A stretch of 56,396 nucleotides of DNA, filler included, from Bipalium vagum (Eukaryota): NCBI GenBank assembly GCA_037834085.1. It is 3 parts of 3 records of this genome, joined end to end, with 100 filler letters (N's around TTAATTAATTAA, not from the genome) between each part and the next. Parts side by side here need not be neighbours in the genome. Positions count along the whole stretch, not along the records: positions 17,868 to 39,252 come from JBBMKC010236140.1; 2 more parts are not named here. The stretch is one strand, 5' to 3'. Shown here one piece after another: positions 24,213-38,629 of the stretch. Every line of letters starts with the position of its first letter. Position 1 is the stretch's first letter. The notes beneath the pieces were generated by a model. It had not been told where the DNA came from and did no database searches. It saw only the letters and a list, made by a program, of their open reading frames with translations. The position numbers and the translations under genes were made by a program.

Positions 24213-25153
24213 ATACTATTATTATGACTACTCTTATCAGGACATGTTCAAACCGCAACATTTACAATTTTCTATAGATTTTCTGATTCCCAAAAGAGGA
24301 AAATTACACAAACTTTTATTTATCAGTCAAAGAGTATTATTTCTGTAGATATAAAATACATTCCAAAAAATCATAAGAACGACAAATAAATAAAGCTTCA
24401 TTAAAAAATTAGTATTAAATGACAATAATGTAATCTAACAAAAGTTTTAAGCTGGAGAACATTGGTCTAAATAAAAGGAAATTTGAATTGATGGTCAATA
24501 AAAATTGATAGGTTTTGTTTTAATTATTGGAAATAAAATATTATTAATTGTCATCGATAGCATTCAGAAAACAATTAAAAATGTCAAAAATACTCATGTG
24601 AGATATGGATAAGTCGAATATAATAAGAAAAAAAAACCAGTAAAAATAAATATCACAATTCTCTCAATAGATAAAAAACGGAAAAATAAAGTCCTCTTTT
24701 TCTCTCAACGAATTTAACGAGGATTCATTGTCTGGAGACTGAGCATCAACTGGGTTATGATACTGCTATATTTAGACTTGACTACAATGTTGGTTTTCTT
24801 CGAGAAGACCCTTAAGCATTTTGTTTCTGCATTATTGATCCAATTGACGGACGAATATTTGAAATTTTGTATGAGTGTCTTGGAGAGGACAAATAAATTC
24901 ATTCAATAAAATAGAACAATAAAATACATTTGACTTGCAGTGCATAATGTAGATGCCCATGTCATTAATAGCGAAAATGCAATTTATAAAGGGAAGAGAA
25001 GTCTAAAGAGGTCGATGTCAATTTTTTCATTATTTATATTTAATAAATAACACCTGCAGTTTTATTTCAACATCGAAATAGGCGCATCCGTAAAGCGTGA
25101 GATTCCAGCACAACGTTAAAAATCGGAATTTTATTTCCTTAATCAGAAAAAAT

Positions 25154-25326
25154 NNNNNNNNNNNNNNNNNNNNNNNNNNNNNNNNNNNNNNNNNNNNNNN
25201 NNNNNNNNNNNNNNNNNNNNNNNNNNNNNNNNNNNNNNNNNNNNNNNNNNNNNNNNNNNNNNNNNNNNNNNNNNNNNNNNNNNNNNNNNNNNNNNNNNNN
25301 NNNNNNNNNNNNNNNNNNNNNNNNNN
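25154..25326. other. Assembly gap (173 N)
   Basis: Run of N without the TTAA linker, probably a size-estimated scaffold gap. Confidence 0.95.
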
Positions 25327-26529
25327 TTATCATCTTAACTATTGCAAATAATAATTTTTCATATCATATATAAATTTCAAAATAACTTTGACATTTGAAA
25401 ATAGAGATTTTAAGAGACTTGTGTCATGTTAAAAAATATTTGGAAATATTCAAATGATTTTTTAGAAATTTCAAAATAAAATCTCAGTGGAGAACATCAG
25501 AAAAATTCATAAGAAGTCCTTGAACAGAGAATTGGAATCGAAACTCAAAGAAATAAATATATTGGAAGAAAATAACATCGAAAATATTTCACTGTAAAGA
25601 TTAATTAATGGAAAGATAAAAGTTATAAAATAAATGATTAATAATATCAATTAAATCGATTAATATATGATATATTCATCAATGGGGGGACAAATAAAAC
25701 AAATAAAATAAAATCTTTAATAAAAAGATAATTGGTAAATTGTTAAAGTCATAAAAAATAGAAAATAAATGAAAAAAATTAAAAATTATTGAAAAGACCC
25801 TTAACAGTGAGTCCCGTGTGCTGCCTTTATAAATTAAATCAAAATATACTAAATTTATTTTAAAAGATGACAAGAAATTTTTTTAAGATAATAAGACTTA
25901 TGAAAATAGATAAAAACTGTCAAAGTGTTTAAAAAGGAAAAGGCCATTATTTCTCAAAATTTAATATCTAAAAGCGAAATGTCGAAGACAAAATTTGTCA
26001 CCAATGAATTTTAAAAAATAATTTATATTTTGTGAAATATTGAGAAAATTTCAGAAATTCGAATAATGTGAATTTTATAAATCTTTCTAATATTATAAAT
26101 TTATAGTAAAAATTTGACTTCAGAAATATTTTGATTTCTAATTTATTTCAAATTTCGAAACAAACTTTATATTTAAATTAAATATTTAGGTTTCCTTAAG
26201 ACTCAAGTCGTATTTATTTACCGCTTGGCCTGTCAAACGCTCAACTTTAAAGTTGTATTGCAGAGGGTATGAATGCTTACTCTGACTACTAAAACAAAAC
26301 TAACAAAATATACAAAAGGTCGATTGGGAGTTAATGTTCCTAATGAACTCCGATAAACTAAATATTACTAATACTAATTACTATTTACAAAAGATTTAGA
26401 TGCTTAAAGCACAACAGTTCACCAAATATAAAAATTAATATAATTAACTAAGACGATTTATATACATATTTTATATAACAATTACAAACTTATTAAATTT
26501 TAATTAAAGTCAAGAATAAATCTCTCACT

Positions 26530-27363
26530 TCGATGTAAGTGAAGATTCCCCGTGGTAAGGAGTGGTTTTCAGCCAACTAATTCTACGAAACTGCCAACTG
26601 TTGGTAAACGGATGCACGCATTGAGAATAATCCAAAAGTATGGAAAATGAATACCACATGATTTGACCGAAAGGCAGCAAGAAAATCGCAAAAACTGTTT
26701 TCTAAATGTTACTTACAAGGCAACCATTTGTGCGTCGAATTATAACTAGTGAATAAAAATGATGAAAAAATCTCATGGGAAGAATGTGAAGGACAATGGC
26801 CGGAGAACCATCAACATCGACAGTACAAAGATGGACGATCAGAAGTAAAATGATGCTATGTATCTGGTTGGACCAAACAAGAGTATTGTATCACGAGCTT
26901 CTCAAACCATCCAAAAATGTAACTGATGATTGATATCAGCAATAATTACCCGATTTACGTCGAACAATAAGTGTCAAGAGACCACAATATGGCTTAAGGC
27001 ATAATCAGATCATTTCGCAATCAGATAATGCTAAACTACATCTTGCAAAACCAGTTAAGGAAACATTAAAAAAAATTGGCTTTGATTTTACCTCACCTGC
27101 CGTACTTACCAGACATAGCGTCATCTGACTTGCACTTGTATCGATCCATGCGGTTTTCTCTTGCTGGACAGGCCTTCAATTACTATGAAGATGTCAAAAA
27201 ATTGATTGTTTCAAAGGATCAAGCTTTCTTTTACCGCCTAACTCATTCTTGTCGAAAAGTCGTAACTGCCAACGAAAAATATTTTGACTAAAATAATTGT
27301 TACTTTTAAACAAACGACTTTATTTTCATAAAAAACAATGGGAATTAATTCCCATACCAAATA
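26530..27363 (+). mobile_element. Degenerate mariner transposase (Mos1/mauritiana-like) with probable 3' TIR
   Basis: GK*IPHDLTERQQENRK; KMMLCIWLDQTRVLYHELLKP; SDNAKLHLAKPVKETL; LPHLPYLPDIASSDLHLYRSM; KVVTANEKYFD*. Ends in GGGAATTAATTCCCATACCAAATA. Confidence 0.9.
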
Positions 27364-29498
27364 ATTATTTTAGCATAGAAATTAAGTCATTTTTTAATTT
27401 AATAATATCATCATTGTTAAATTAAATGAAATAAACAAATAAAAGAAATTTGTCAAAAACATGAATACTAGATTTCATGATGCATCATTGTAAGATATAT
27501 CATGACATCTTTTCATGAATATGAATATTTTTATAGGTTTATTTTCTATCAACAAAGTCAGATTGAATAATGATACCACAAGATTTTCGAAGAAAAACAA
27601 TCAATTAATCAACTCAATGTACAAGGTACTGTAAACGATAAAGAACAATAAATGACATTATATATGGAAATTGTAATAGTTTACGCAAACAGGTTTTATA
27701 AATTCTTTTTAAGCTGATTATTATGTAATTAAAAAAATTTGATTTAATTAAAATTAAATAAGTTTTTCAATAATTATTTCACGTCTTTCGTAATTGGCCA
27801 TTTGCAATGATGAAAAATTAAATTATTAGACGATACTGATATACCTATTTCTGAAGGTAATGCAAACCAAATTATTCACTATAGTTTACTGTCAAAGAAA
27901 GCTGGAGAAAAAAGAAAAACCTGTCATAAAATTTTCAAATATTTGTGTGCAGGTATATTATCTAAATAAGATAATCTTGAATTTTATAAATTAAGAACTC
28001 ATTCAGAAATTCATTATAAATTTAAAATTTTAAAACTATCTCATTTAAGAATTCAATTTTAAATGAACATATTTTTGTATTTCAAAAATTTGTCCTTATT
28101 CACATTTAAAAAATAAATTCCGAAAAATTTATAAATGCCAAAATGATATTTGATCGGATTAACAGAAGTTTTTATTATCCTTATGATTTCTTAATGGTTG
28201 TCACATCCTTATGTAACAAGATTCAACAGAAAATTGTAATATAATCCACTTCATCAAATAACTAATAAACTTCTTTGTAAACAGACGATCCAGATTAACC
28301 AGAGTTTATTATATTGCAATACAGGACGGATTTCATTCAATAATACAAGAAAATAAATGTCATCAATATTTTTGTATGAACATTACTTGCATTAGTACTT
28401 AAAACACAAAATCCAACACGGACACCTCTTTTACACTTATTCCAAATCTTAATGAAAACAATTTTCTAAATAAAAGGTTATGAAAGTTCTTAATTGTATT
28501 GACACAAATAAAACTACGATTACTCACAAATGCTTTCAATCTCGGTAATATCTAAATGTCTGATAGTTGTGAGAAAAATTCAAATTAACTGCCTAATACA
28601 TGTCGAGACTCTTACTCCATTTAAACATTCAGAGTTTAATTAAAAATTATCAAACAGCACTAACTTGTTCAAATTTTGCTAATTTATTAAGTGATGTAAG
28701 TCGATTAGCATTATTATCATTTTATCCAATTACAAAGATTAATGTCACAACATGTACTCCAGTTTTGCACTTGTAATAATTTTCTAATACATTTCAGACT
28801 TCCATAATAATAAAATTACCAAATTGTAAACAATATTAAAATATTCAAACAAATATTCACCATATTGTTTCCATAACAAAAATAATCAATACCATATCAA
28901 TCAAATTATTCTATTTCATTATTGATAATAATTCATTAAATGGACGACACATGTTCAGAATCCTCTGTAACTCTCAAAAGCGATTCATCATCGGTTCTAA
29001 CTGCCGTTTACATCGAACCAAATGCCGAACGAAGTTCCATTTCCAATAGCAAAAAGTAATTTCTTCAATCATCATAAAACTTAATGCTTGGTGGTTTAAC
29101 AAGATCTCTCAACAAATCGTCAATTGTGGATATTACCGACCTAAAGAGACACGTAACGGATCTTGAACAATATTTCGAAAGAGCCTTGAAAAACGAAATG
29201 GTCTACGTGTTGGGGATATTTATTTTGTTGTTATGGTACCGGTGTTAGGTCATGGTAGACAGTGGAAAGAATAAATAAATAATAATAATAATCAGGATTA
29301 ATTTATTTCTTTATTCGTAATAATCAACACAAAACGTATTTACACAATCAAATTAGAGAGAATATATTAAAATTTCTTTAATGAAACAAAAATGTTAATG
29401 AGCAAATAGATTAATGGAAAGAATAAGCAACCAATATTAAGGATAATAATAAAGTTGCTTTTTAATATTGCTATACAAACAGAATAAGGCGCATTATT

Positions 29499-32400
29499 TC
29501 AGATTGTTTCTGATTTTTCTGGTAGTTCTTTAGTTGAAGACAAAATATTATTATTGTTGTTGTTGTATCTAGTATTTTGGTTGTTGCAAGGCACAGGGAT
29601 TATCATACTGGAAGCTAAAGCATCACCTGGCGTTGATGACGACGAAATCGGAATAGAAAGCACAGATTCCGAAATCGGATGGTTGGAATTTGCCGTATGT
29701 TGTCGCATATGCCACGTGCAGGCGTACACGCAAGTGAATGGCTTGTCGCAAATTCGGCATTTGTAACGCATTCCCGTATGGGAATTCATGTGTCGTCTTA
29801 CTTGATAGGCGGAAAAAAACTCTTTTTCACAAATGTCGCATTTGAAAAATCTTTGCCCTGTATGAACGTAAAAATGACGCGTCAAATTACCCATCCATCG
29901 AAAAGGTTTTGAACAAGTCGGACAAAAATATATCAACTGTCCATCGACTAGTTCTTTTGGTACGTCGCCCTTTTTCCAGACTTCTTTACGTCGTAAGCAG
30001 ATATGATGTCGAAGACTGTAATCATTACGATAATGTTTTCCACATTCCCGACAACGTAGCATTTTTCGACCGTCTTCATTTCCTCCATAATACACAGCTC
30101 TATTGTCTCCAAAGCAACTGAAATTATCAAAGTTATTTATACGGATGTTAAGAGATTTTATAATAAAATTAGAAATAATTCAATAAAAAATCTGTTATTA
30201 AAAATTCATCTATAAAGTCAAAATTTCAAATGAAAACAATATTTTCTATGAAAAGTTTCTCTTAACCCTTATTATGACATACATGTAAATCAAACGATAA
30301 CTTTAACGGGACACAAGGCTAAGATTTTAACTCAACAAAAATGTTAAATAAAATTTGGCCACTAACAGCCAGTGGGTCTTACGCTGATAAATCTGAGAGG
30401 TGATTATACAATCAGTACATCTCAAAAAGTGCGTTTTATGACCTAAACTCTCGTTTTATAATGATTTACACTTAACCAGGCCTTAGAGATTAGAAGAATG
30501 GTTTCTAAGAGCAATGTGATATATTGACCTGAAACATGTACGTTAATTAAAACAGACGTTAACAATGAATAACACAAATCATTCACAACAGACGATATAA
30601 GCACGACGTAATTCATTGGGTGGAAACCAACGAATCAGTGAGAAGAGTCATTACGTACGTAATTCGTTTGCATATATCAATGACCAGAAAAAACCGCTAT
30701 ACAACAACATTTTCAAATCACCATTATTAGTGGTATAATCATCATTAGCATTCTAAAATTATATATATTTCAAAATCTGTCAAATAAATATTGTTAAAAA
30801 TCGATTGTCGATATTTAATAAATTAATTTTGTCAATATTTATAATCGTTTTAAATTTTGTAAAATTCTGAAAAATATGGCTTCGTCATTTTTCGTTTTAA
30901 TTAAAATTGAAATACCGCTGAATTTTACCTCAACAACAATCGATTTATTGAAACAAAATGGTAAAAAGTGGGAAAGGAAAATGAACTAATCATAGTTACA
31001 TGTTTACTGGATTTTATATTACATTAAACAACGGCAGCATTAAATCACGAAAATGAACAAATATGTGTATATTTCTATTTTATTGCTCTCGTTGTTAAGA
31101 TAACTATCGGAATTCTTTTTATTTTAATCGAGTTTTGGATTATTATCGTATCCAGAGAGATATAAATTTAGTTAGAAACCGATCAAGTAGAGACGATTCT
31201 AAACAAAAAGAATGGTGATGAACCTATTTTAAAAACCATTGTCCACGTCTTTATTTCAAGCCAAAAAATTATCCAGCTATCAAGTCCGGTAATTTCTGGT
31301 GAAATTACCTATTCCCAAATAATAATGCTCTCCCAAAGTTTTACGTGTGTAAAAGTTTTGATACAACATCAGAAAAGGACAGTAATATGAAAATAACCGA
31401 AATATCTGTTGATATTTATTGGAAAACTATTTCAAACTTTTCCATTGACTGGGAACATTAGTGGTTAATTTTTATCTCGATATTTGACATTGAAATTCCT
31501 TATCATCGATATTGTATGTAAATACCTTCTTATCACAATGTCTCTTTTCCTCGATCTTTTCATTTTAATTTACCCATACCAAGGAGTAGTGACAAAATGA
31601 CAACAAATATTGTTATTATTTTTGGTAAATGTTCAATTTGTCACTGTTCGATGTGCTCTCTATCAAGTGACTGATTATTGTGTGTGAGAACACTGAGATA
31701 TGGAATGAGTGTAAAAAATAATAAAATTGGTATGAGAAATGTTGATTAAAACTTTGATGGGCTTGGTGTGACATGTACCTGGGTTCCAGAGTCAATTCTT
31801 CGTGAACATTATTGATTGGCAAATGAAAAATGTAAACTCGAAATCTACGAAAATAGCAAATCATCACAACGTTCATTGTTGGTACCTTGGTTTCAACAGA
31901 AAATATTAGTTTTTTGCGAAATTTGTGGCTGTTTTCCATAATGATTAATTTATTGAAATATTTTTTTAATATTAGTTTTGTGATTAAATCAATATTTTTT
32001 AATGTATACACAAAGAAAAAAACCTAGAAGTTTGATTTACGAAAAATTATGATAGATTTCGAAAATTCATAAAACAAAATTGAAAATAATTTATTGATTA
32101 AATTCGATTTTTAATCAATAAACTTTTATTTATTTTTAAAAAAATATGAAATATTTCTCGAAATTAATATATTTTTTGCTTTCAAAGAATCAATCCAACT
32201 TAATAAACTTGAAGATATTATTATATACAAAAAAGTAGAAAAAGTACAATGAAATAATAATAATAGTATGTATATATATAATGTCAGGAACGTCTATCAA
32301 AATCTGAAGATATGTATATCGGTAACCGATGATCGAAGCAGATTCACGAATTACACGTATAGCAGTTCAAAAGAAAAATGTTGACAATATCACAGTTTTC

Positions 32401-34540
32401 GGCACTTTAATAAAATTTCAAGGGTTAAGAATGTGGACCCATAGGAATTGACCGAGATCCAGAAAAATCAGGTCATCGAATTAAGTTATACAGAGAATAA
32501 GAATACTATCCGAAAGGCCACTTTCCACAAAATTGTAAAATTTGACACGTCCATTGAGGGAAAAAATAAATAATCGATTTCTTTAGCAAAAATGGATCAA
32601 TAAAAATCCAACAAGACAATTTCTTCCATTTACACATGTTATAATGGTATTAGCACCAAAACAAAACGACGATTAAAACTGCTCCGACGAAAATGAAAAA
32701 CGATTGTCCGAGAACGACTATCCAATTTCAAAGATACTGTGGTCGAGTGAGCAAAAATGGAATAAAGACCCCTAAAGGAAAAAGCCTATGTAACACAACG
32801 AAGCACCTCAATGGGAAAAGAACGAGAGAAAGAGGAAAACAGGAACACAAATCGATATTAAACAGCTGATAACAATTCAGTGAGACCAAAAATAGAAAGT
32901 GATATATTTCACCGTACAAATATATATTTATATACCCATTCCCTTTGCAGTCGTGAGTCAACAGAAGCAAGTGATTTATGTAATCACCAATTTACAATGC
33001 ACGCTCAAATACAATGTCATCATCACCGTCACCGTCAATACAGTAGAGAATTATCAGAGAATTGCAGAACTGGTAAAATATAAAATGCTAAGTAGAAATA
33101 ATAAAAAATTGATTCGTTTCTCTGTGTGTTTAAGAAACCTTGTGGAGAAAACGTTCTAAAAATCACAGTTTCACCATCTCATTGAAATAAAATCAATAAA
33201 CAACAATAAGATAGAAAAAACGATGGTTGAACAATGTTACCAGTGATAAAAAGAAAATAAATAAATATAATAATAAATAATTGATTAATCTGTTTAAGAT
33301 TTACTGTGAGGTTTTGAATAATCGATATCGACAAAAGCAGTTGATAAAAGGACCAATGCGACTTGATGAACGTTTCCAATGATCACAGGCTTTTGTGTTT
33401 ATTGATCAACTATTTCTATTGGTTTTATTTAAATAAACGCTTTACAATTATTCCCAAATGAAAAAAAAACCTGAAAGTTCTCACCCACACCCACTATCAG
33501 TCCATCGATTGATTTTAGGTCGTTTACACGATTTAAGGTCGACATTAATTAAATTTAACCAAGAACTTTATCTCCGAACATGACCCCATTCTAATAATAC
33601 AAGAAAAATATCTTTGAGATTAAAAAGGACCGTCTCCCTTTGTATCTCAAAGAAAGTGTTATTTTTTTATGGAATGAAAATTATGTAAAATCAATACAAA
33701 ATGTTTCTGTACATAAAATCGATCAAATAAACAAGAAAAACAGAATGTTATTTTCGTAGACGTCTATTTGTGTTATGCATTAAAATATCAATTATTATAT
33801 TTTATATACAATTATTATTATATCTATAATTATAAATATGTGAAAAATGAAATTAATGAAAAATCGATGGAGAATTTGATGTTGAAAACTTGAAAGAGGA
33901 TTTTGGATAAAATACATCAAAATGTAACAACCTCTTGTACTTGCCAGACATTTTCTTCATACTGTTCGTCTCAGTAGTTAACAGACCCTTGGACAGGGCT
34001 GTTAATCTGGACATTTTTGGTTTCAGGTGTTGGCTACTGTTCACAGATTCCGTGTCGTCTTTCTGGCTAGATTTGTCACTGTTTTCCGTGACTGTCGCAG
34101 CATTCGGTCCAGTCACGGGCTTAAAATCGTCACAGAGCTCGGAATCATTTTCTTCTTCTGAGCCAATCCAAAATGCTTCTCCATAGAAGCTGTCCTCGTC
34201 AGGGACATTGTCATCATCGTTAGTTTTCATAATATTATCCTTGGAATTACTATGATTTTGATTATTTAAAATGCTGACAAAAATGATTTGTGAAATGAAA
34301 TAAAAACCATCATTATTTTAAGCCAATTTACTTGATTGCATCGGAAGAATTTTTGGAAACATCCGAAAATGTAGCTGTTTGAATTTGGGCTTTTTTTCGA
34401 TTACTAAACGATACAATAACATATCCGTCGGAAGAAATTTCTGAATTTGACAAATTTCCTTTACTATTTGTACTCATATCTTCTGATTTTGGAATTAAAT
34501 CTTTTATTAATCGTCTTGCTAAAGACGTTCGATCTGCCAT
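29499..34540 (-). CDS. C2H2 zinc-finger transcription factor, flatworm zfp-1-family-like, ~389 aa, 3 exons
   Basis: Exons 34540-34332, 34273-33932 and 30117-29499 (1170 nt). Both introns are GT-AG phase 2 (58 nt and 3814 nt). One C2HC-type finger (CRECGKHY..HHIC), then three C2H2 fingers linked by TGQRFFK and TGMRYK. Confidence 0.88.
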
Positions 34541-35479
34541 TTTAATTTACTTTTGTAATCTAAAATTATTGAAATTCTAAAAATAATATCAATTAAATTC
34601 AATTTCTATTAAATCATAAATTAAGCAATTATATTTAAGTAATTTTGTAACAAAATTTTTTACTAATTAAATATTTGAATAAAAATTTAACGAAAGCCTG
34701 AAAAAATACAAAATATAAGTGGAATTAAGTTAAGGCTGCATAAACCATTAAAAATATTATGAAAACCAGTTGAATTTTACACGCTAAATTTAATTCTTTT
34801 GATAATAGTTAAACAAGTATATTAAGTAACAAATCCTCAATTAGTTATTTTAAACAAATCTTTCCTTGATAAACTTCCTGTTTATTAAGATTCAAAAAAT
34901 TAAATAAAGTTTTCTATAAATTTTTTCGTTTTTTAAAAACCATTTATTTAATTATGCATTAAAAGCAAAAAATCATAACTGATTGTGCAAAATACAGTCT
35001 TTGTAGAGAAATTTTTTCATCATTTCAGACGATAATTTAAAATAGTTATTTATCTAATTATTGAATTTTTATTTTTCAGAACAATTGACTAATTTAATGA
35101 AAATATTTTCTTTTCAAATAAAACAAGCTTAATATTAATTACTAATGTTCTATATATAGCAGAAAATGAGTTACTTAAAAATCATTTATTTAGGATTCTC
35201 TTAATAAATAAAAATTAATACGAATTAGCTATGTAAAAAAAACAGTTTTACTTGTCTTTAATTGAAATATGAGTTAAGAAAATTTTAATATACTTTATTT
35301 CTATTTCCTATTTTTAAATTCATATGGAAAAATTCTAATTTTCTGATCCAAACAGATAGAAAGAATTCCAAAAATGGTGGTTGAAGTTGAAATTACCTGC
35401 ATTTTAAGATAAATTAATGCTCTTAAAATAATATTTAAATTAATGAGTTATTTGTCTATATCAGAAGTGGCTTTTTAAA

Positions 35480-35900
35480 ATTTCAAGAAAAATAAAAAAG
35501 TGACTAATTATACATACATTTTCTAGTAATCTTATCCAACTGATAATCTTTTTGAATATTAACCAATTTATCTAACTCCAAAAATACACAAGGTAAATAA
35601 TAATCTGGTTAGTTTAATAAATATTTAGTCTCAATAACTGTATTGAAAATCAACTCAAAGACAATGTTTCCATTTGCAGTGGCACTATTTAAAATGTCAG
35701 AAATTTAGAATATCAAATGACTCTATGGTACCTTGATCTGAATACAGATGATTGAAATACAACAACACAAGGAAATAGTGATGCTTGGTAATCACTTGGG
35801 TTAAATTTCCCACAAAGGGATTAAAAAGAAAGCCCTACTTATAGTATGATAATAATTTAATCCTCTTCGTGTGCTAAACTAAATAGCTTATCTGGAACTA
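35480..35900 (-). mobile_element. Possible Maverick major capsid protein C-terminal remnant
   Basis: Frameshifted PDKLFSL..NPSDYQASLFPCVVVF..SDILNSATANGNIVFELIFN..CVFLELDKLV loosely follows the MCP C-terminal pattern. It lies next to a penton-like relic. Confidence 0.3.
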
Positions 35901-36199
35901 AAATAAATGTATTTAGTTATTATTAGTTATTATTATCAACCCTACAAACCGGGCATAATCGCAATATTTTTTTTTAATCAGATATTAAGGAAAAATATCA
36001 AAATTTAAAAAGTCAAAATAAAAAAAATTTAAAAATTTTTGCTTAAGTATGATTTTTTACAAAAATCACAAATTTCAAAAACATAAAAATCGCATTTTGA
36101 AGTTCTTTTAATTTTATTCTATTAACAAGGAAGCATCATTACAAAAATCAGTCAACATTTTATTACAAAAATATTCGACATTTTTATTAGAAAAATAAA

Positions 36200-36620
36200 A
36201 AATTCGGATATTATTTTCAAATTAAAAATTCCATATATATTAAATCAAAATTTTAATTATAACTTAGGTTTAATATATTTTTATTTATTTAATTATAATT
36301 TTAATATTAAGGAAAATAATAATAGAACTATTATATAAAATTTAAGATTCAAAATTTAAAAAAAAATAAAAGATATATTTAACCCTTGGTGCCTATGAAA
36401 TACATGAAATATCTAAATCAATTTGAAATGAATTTAAATATAAGAATTTAGAATTTTTAAAGGAAAATGAGTTTTAAATAAAACAAAACAAAATACAATT
36501 TCTGTAAACTGTATAATGATAATATTAAAAGGTTGTGAAGTTGAATTTCCAAAAGAAAAAAATTATCACATTTTTAAAAATTTGAAACTAAAAATTTTTT
36601 ACCTGGAATATACAAAACAA
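36200..36620 (+). mobile_element. Maverick/Polinton minor capsid (penton)-like remnant; AT-rich relic may extend to ~38200
   Basis: IPYILNQNFNYNLGL..FNIKENNN..LTLGAYEIHEISKSI..LKGCEVEF resembles the penton motifs NIxxxNN and GxYEIxxI. Confidence 0.55.
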
Positions 36621-38217
36621 TTTAATATTAAAAAATAAATAAATTATGATTGAGTGTATTACTGTTGAAGAAGCTTATGATAATGGTGATAAGACTTGAT
36701 TTTCTAAGTAGAGATATTAAAAAAGGATAGAATAATTGAAAGGCCAAAATTTCTAATTTATTATCAAAAGAATGAATAACCAAGATTCAGCCACCCAAAA
36801 TGTCCTGTTCAGGTAATATCATGTAAATTCATCAGTCAATTAATTTCTTTTTAAATGGAAGATAAATACTTTTGTGAAATTTGTGAAATATCCTTCATTA
36901 GGAACTTTGTTGCCAACTTAATATTATTGTAAAGATATCGGTTTGTAAACTATGTGTATTTACCCAACTATTGTATTTGTATAGTAAATAAAAAAATATT
37001 TTAGATAAATGTTTATGAAAAGTGGAAAAGATAATAAGCCAATGCATTCTATGATATGCCCAACGAACGGCCGATACTCGAATAATATCAAAAAAATTCA
37101 ACTGACGCCGATGACTACGATAACCTGATCAGGATCAACGATGATAAAAAAAATCCTGTTAAAGAAGAAAAACTTATTTGTCTTAAATTAATATTTCTAA
37201 AAATTATGTCATCATGAGGATATAATAAAATATGAAAAAATAAATAACCAAAAACAACGACAACAGCGAAGAAATAATACTAAAAAGGATGAAAAAAATC
37301 AATAAAAAATTCTAATACTTAAGAAATTCAAGATAAATATCCGGATCATGTTTAGTTTTCAACCCATGTTCATTTTCCAAATATCCAAATGGTTTTAAAA
37401 AGGAGATTTAAAATCAGCAAAGACAAATAATAATTTTTAAAAAAATTTACAACAGGAAAATATCCAGGAGAATCACATTTAAAATATTTATATTTTTTTA
37501 ATAAAACAATTGCAGTTCACACATTAACGATTCAAATGGACTCTAGTTTAGTTTTCATAGAAGTCTGCTAGTGATTTTAAAGATAATAAGAATAATCAGC
37601 TAAGAAAATGAAAAAAAATAAAAAATTAATATTTTGACTAAAAATGGATAACCGAAAATTTCTAAAATGTTAATTTTAAAATAATATTGAAAACACTTTA
37701 TTGAGACTTTTAAGAGAAGGTATATCTCAAAAGTTATGAAAATATTGATGATGTGCTTTTGAATTCATTTGTGATTGGATTGAATTCTGTTTTTATGAAT
37801 ACATGAATTGGGGTAATCAAATATGAATTGAAAATATTAAATGAATAAAGATGAACGTTTTTCACTTTTTTATATTTAAAATAGAAATAATGGAGTCAAA
37901 AAGTCCAACAGTTGTAAAAAATCAATAAACAGACCAATTTTGTAAAATTCACATATGCAATCAGCGAAGTCTCTGATATGATATAAAAATGGGTAAGATT
38001 GATTCTTATTGTTCTTTAAAATTAGTTAAATTAGTGGGTAAATATCCGAAAATATTGAATTTATCTATTTCTATCAAATATGTAAAAAGTAATTTTAAAT
38101 TAATTGAAGAAATAATTAAAAATGAAGAAAATTTTTTGGAAATTATTGTAATTCATTTTTACCGCCGTAGAATCTATTTTTATATTTTATTGTTTAAAAA
38201 ATTTTAGAATTGTAATA

Positions 38218-38629
38218 CAGTGCAACTTCTATTTTGGACCACAAAATTTCAAGTGGTCCAAAAATAGAAGTTAAGACATAAAAGGCTATAAAACATGTTT
38301 TATATGAACTTATATGGATTTAATAATAGAAATTAAAAAAGGGGGAAGATTCTTTATTGCGAAGTTGCTTGGCAATATTATATTTATCTTCATATTATAA
38401 TTTTTTTTACTCATTCCTGATTTTGGAAATGTTATACGCCAAAATATTATTAAAACAAATTATTAATTTTTTTAAACAAATTATTGAAATTGTTGAACGA
38501 AGAATTTTATTTTTTACATGAAAATATCGAGAAATATGATAAGTACAAATTATTGGTAAAAATATGGAGTTTGGTCCGATTATAGAAGTGGCCGATTTCA
38601 GAAATTTGTCCAAAATAGAAGTTGTACTG
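38218..38629. mobile_element. pogo/Tigger-like MITE (412 bp)
   Basis: TA TSD; 22-bp TIR CAGT(G/A)CAACTTCTATTTTGGAC with one mismatch; subterminal GGTCC..ATAGAAGT repeats. Confidence 0.92.

Noticed and set aside
25097-25351. ORFs spanning the N run
   Set aside because: Artefacts of translating Ns.
31616-33379. Several 66-131 aa ORFs inside the zinc-finger intron
   Set aside because: AT-biased composition and no domains; the flanking exons already join in phase.
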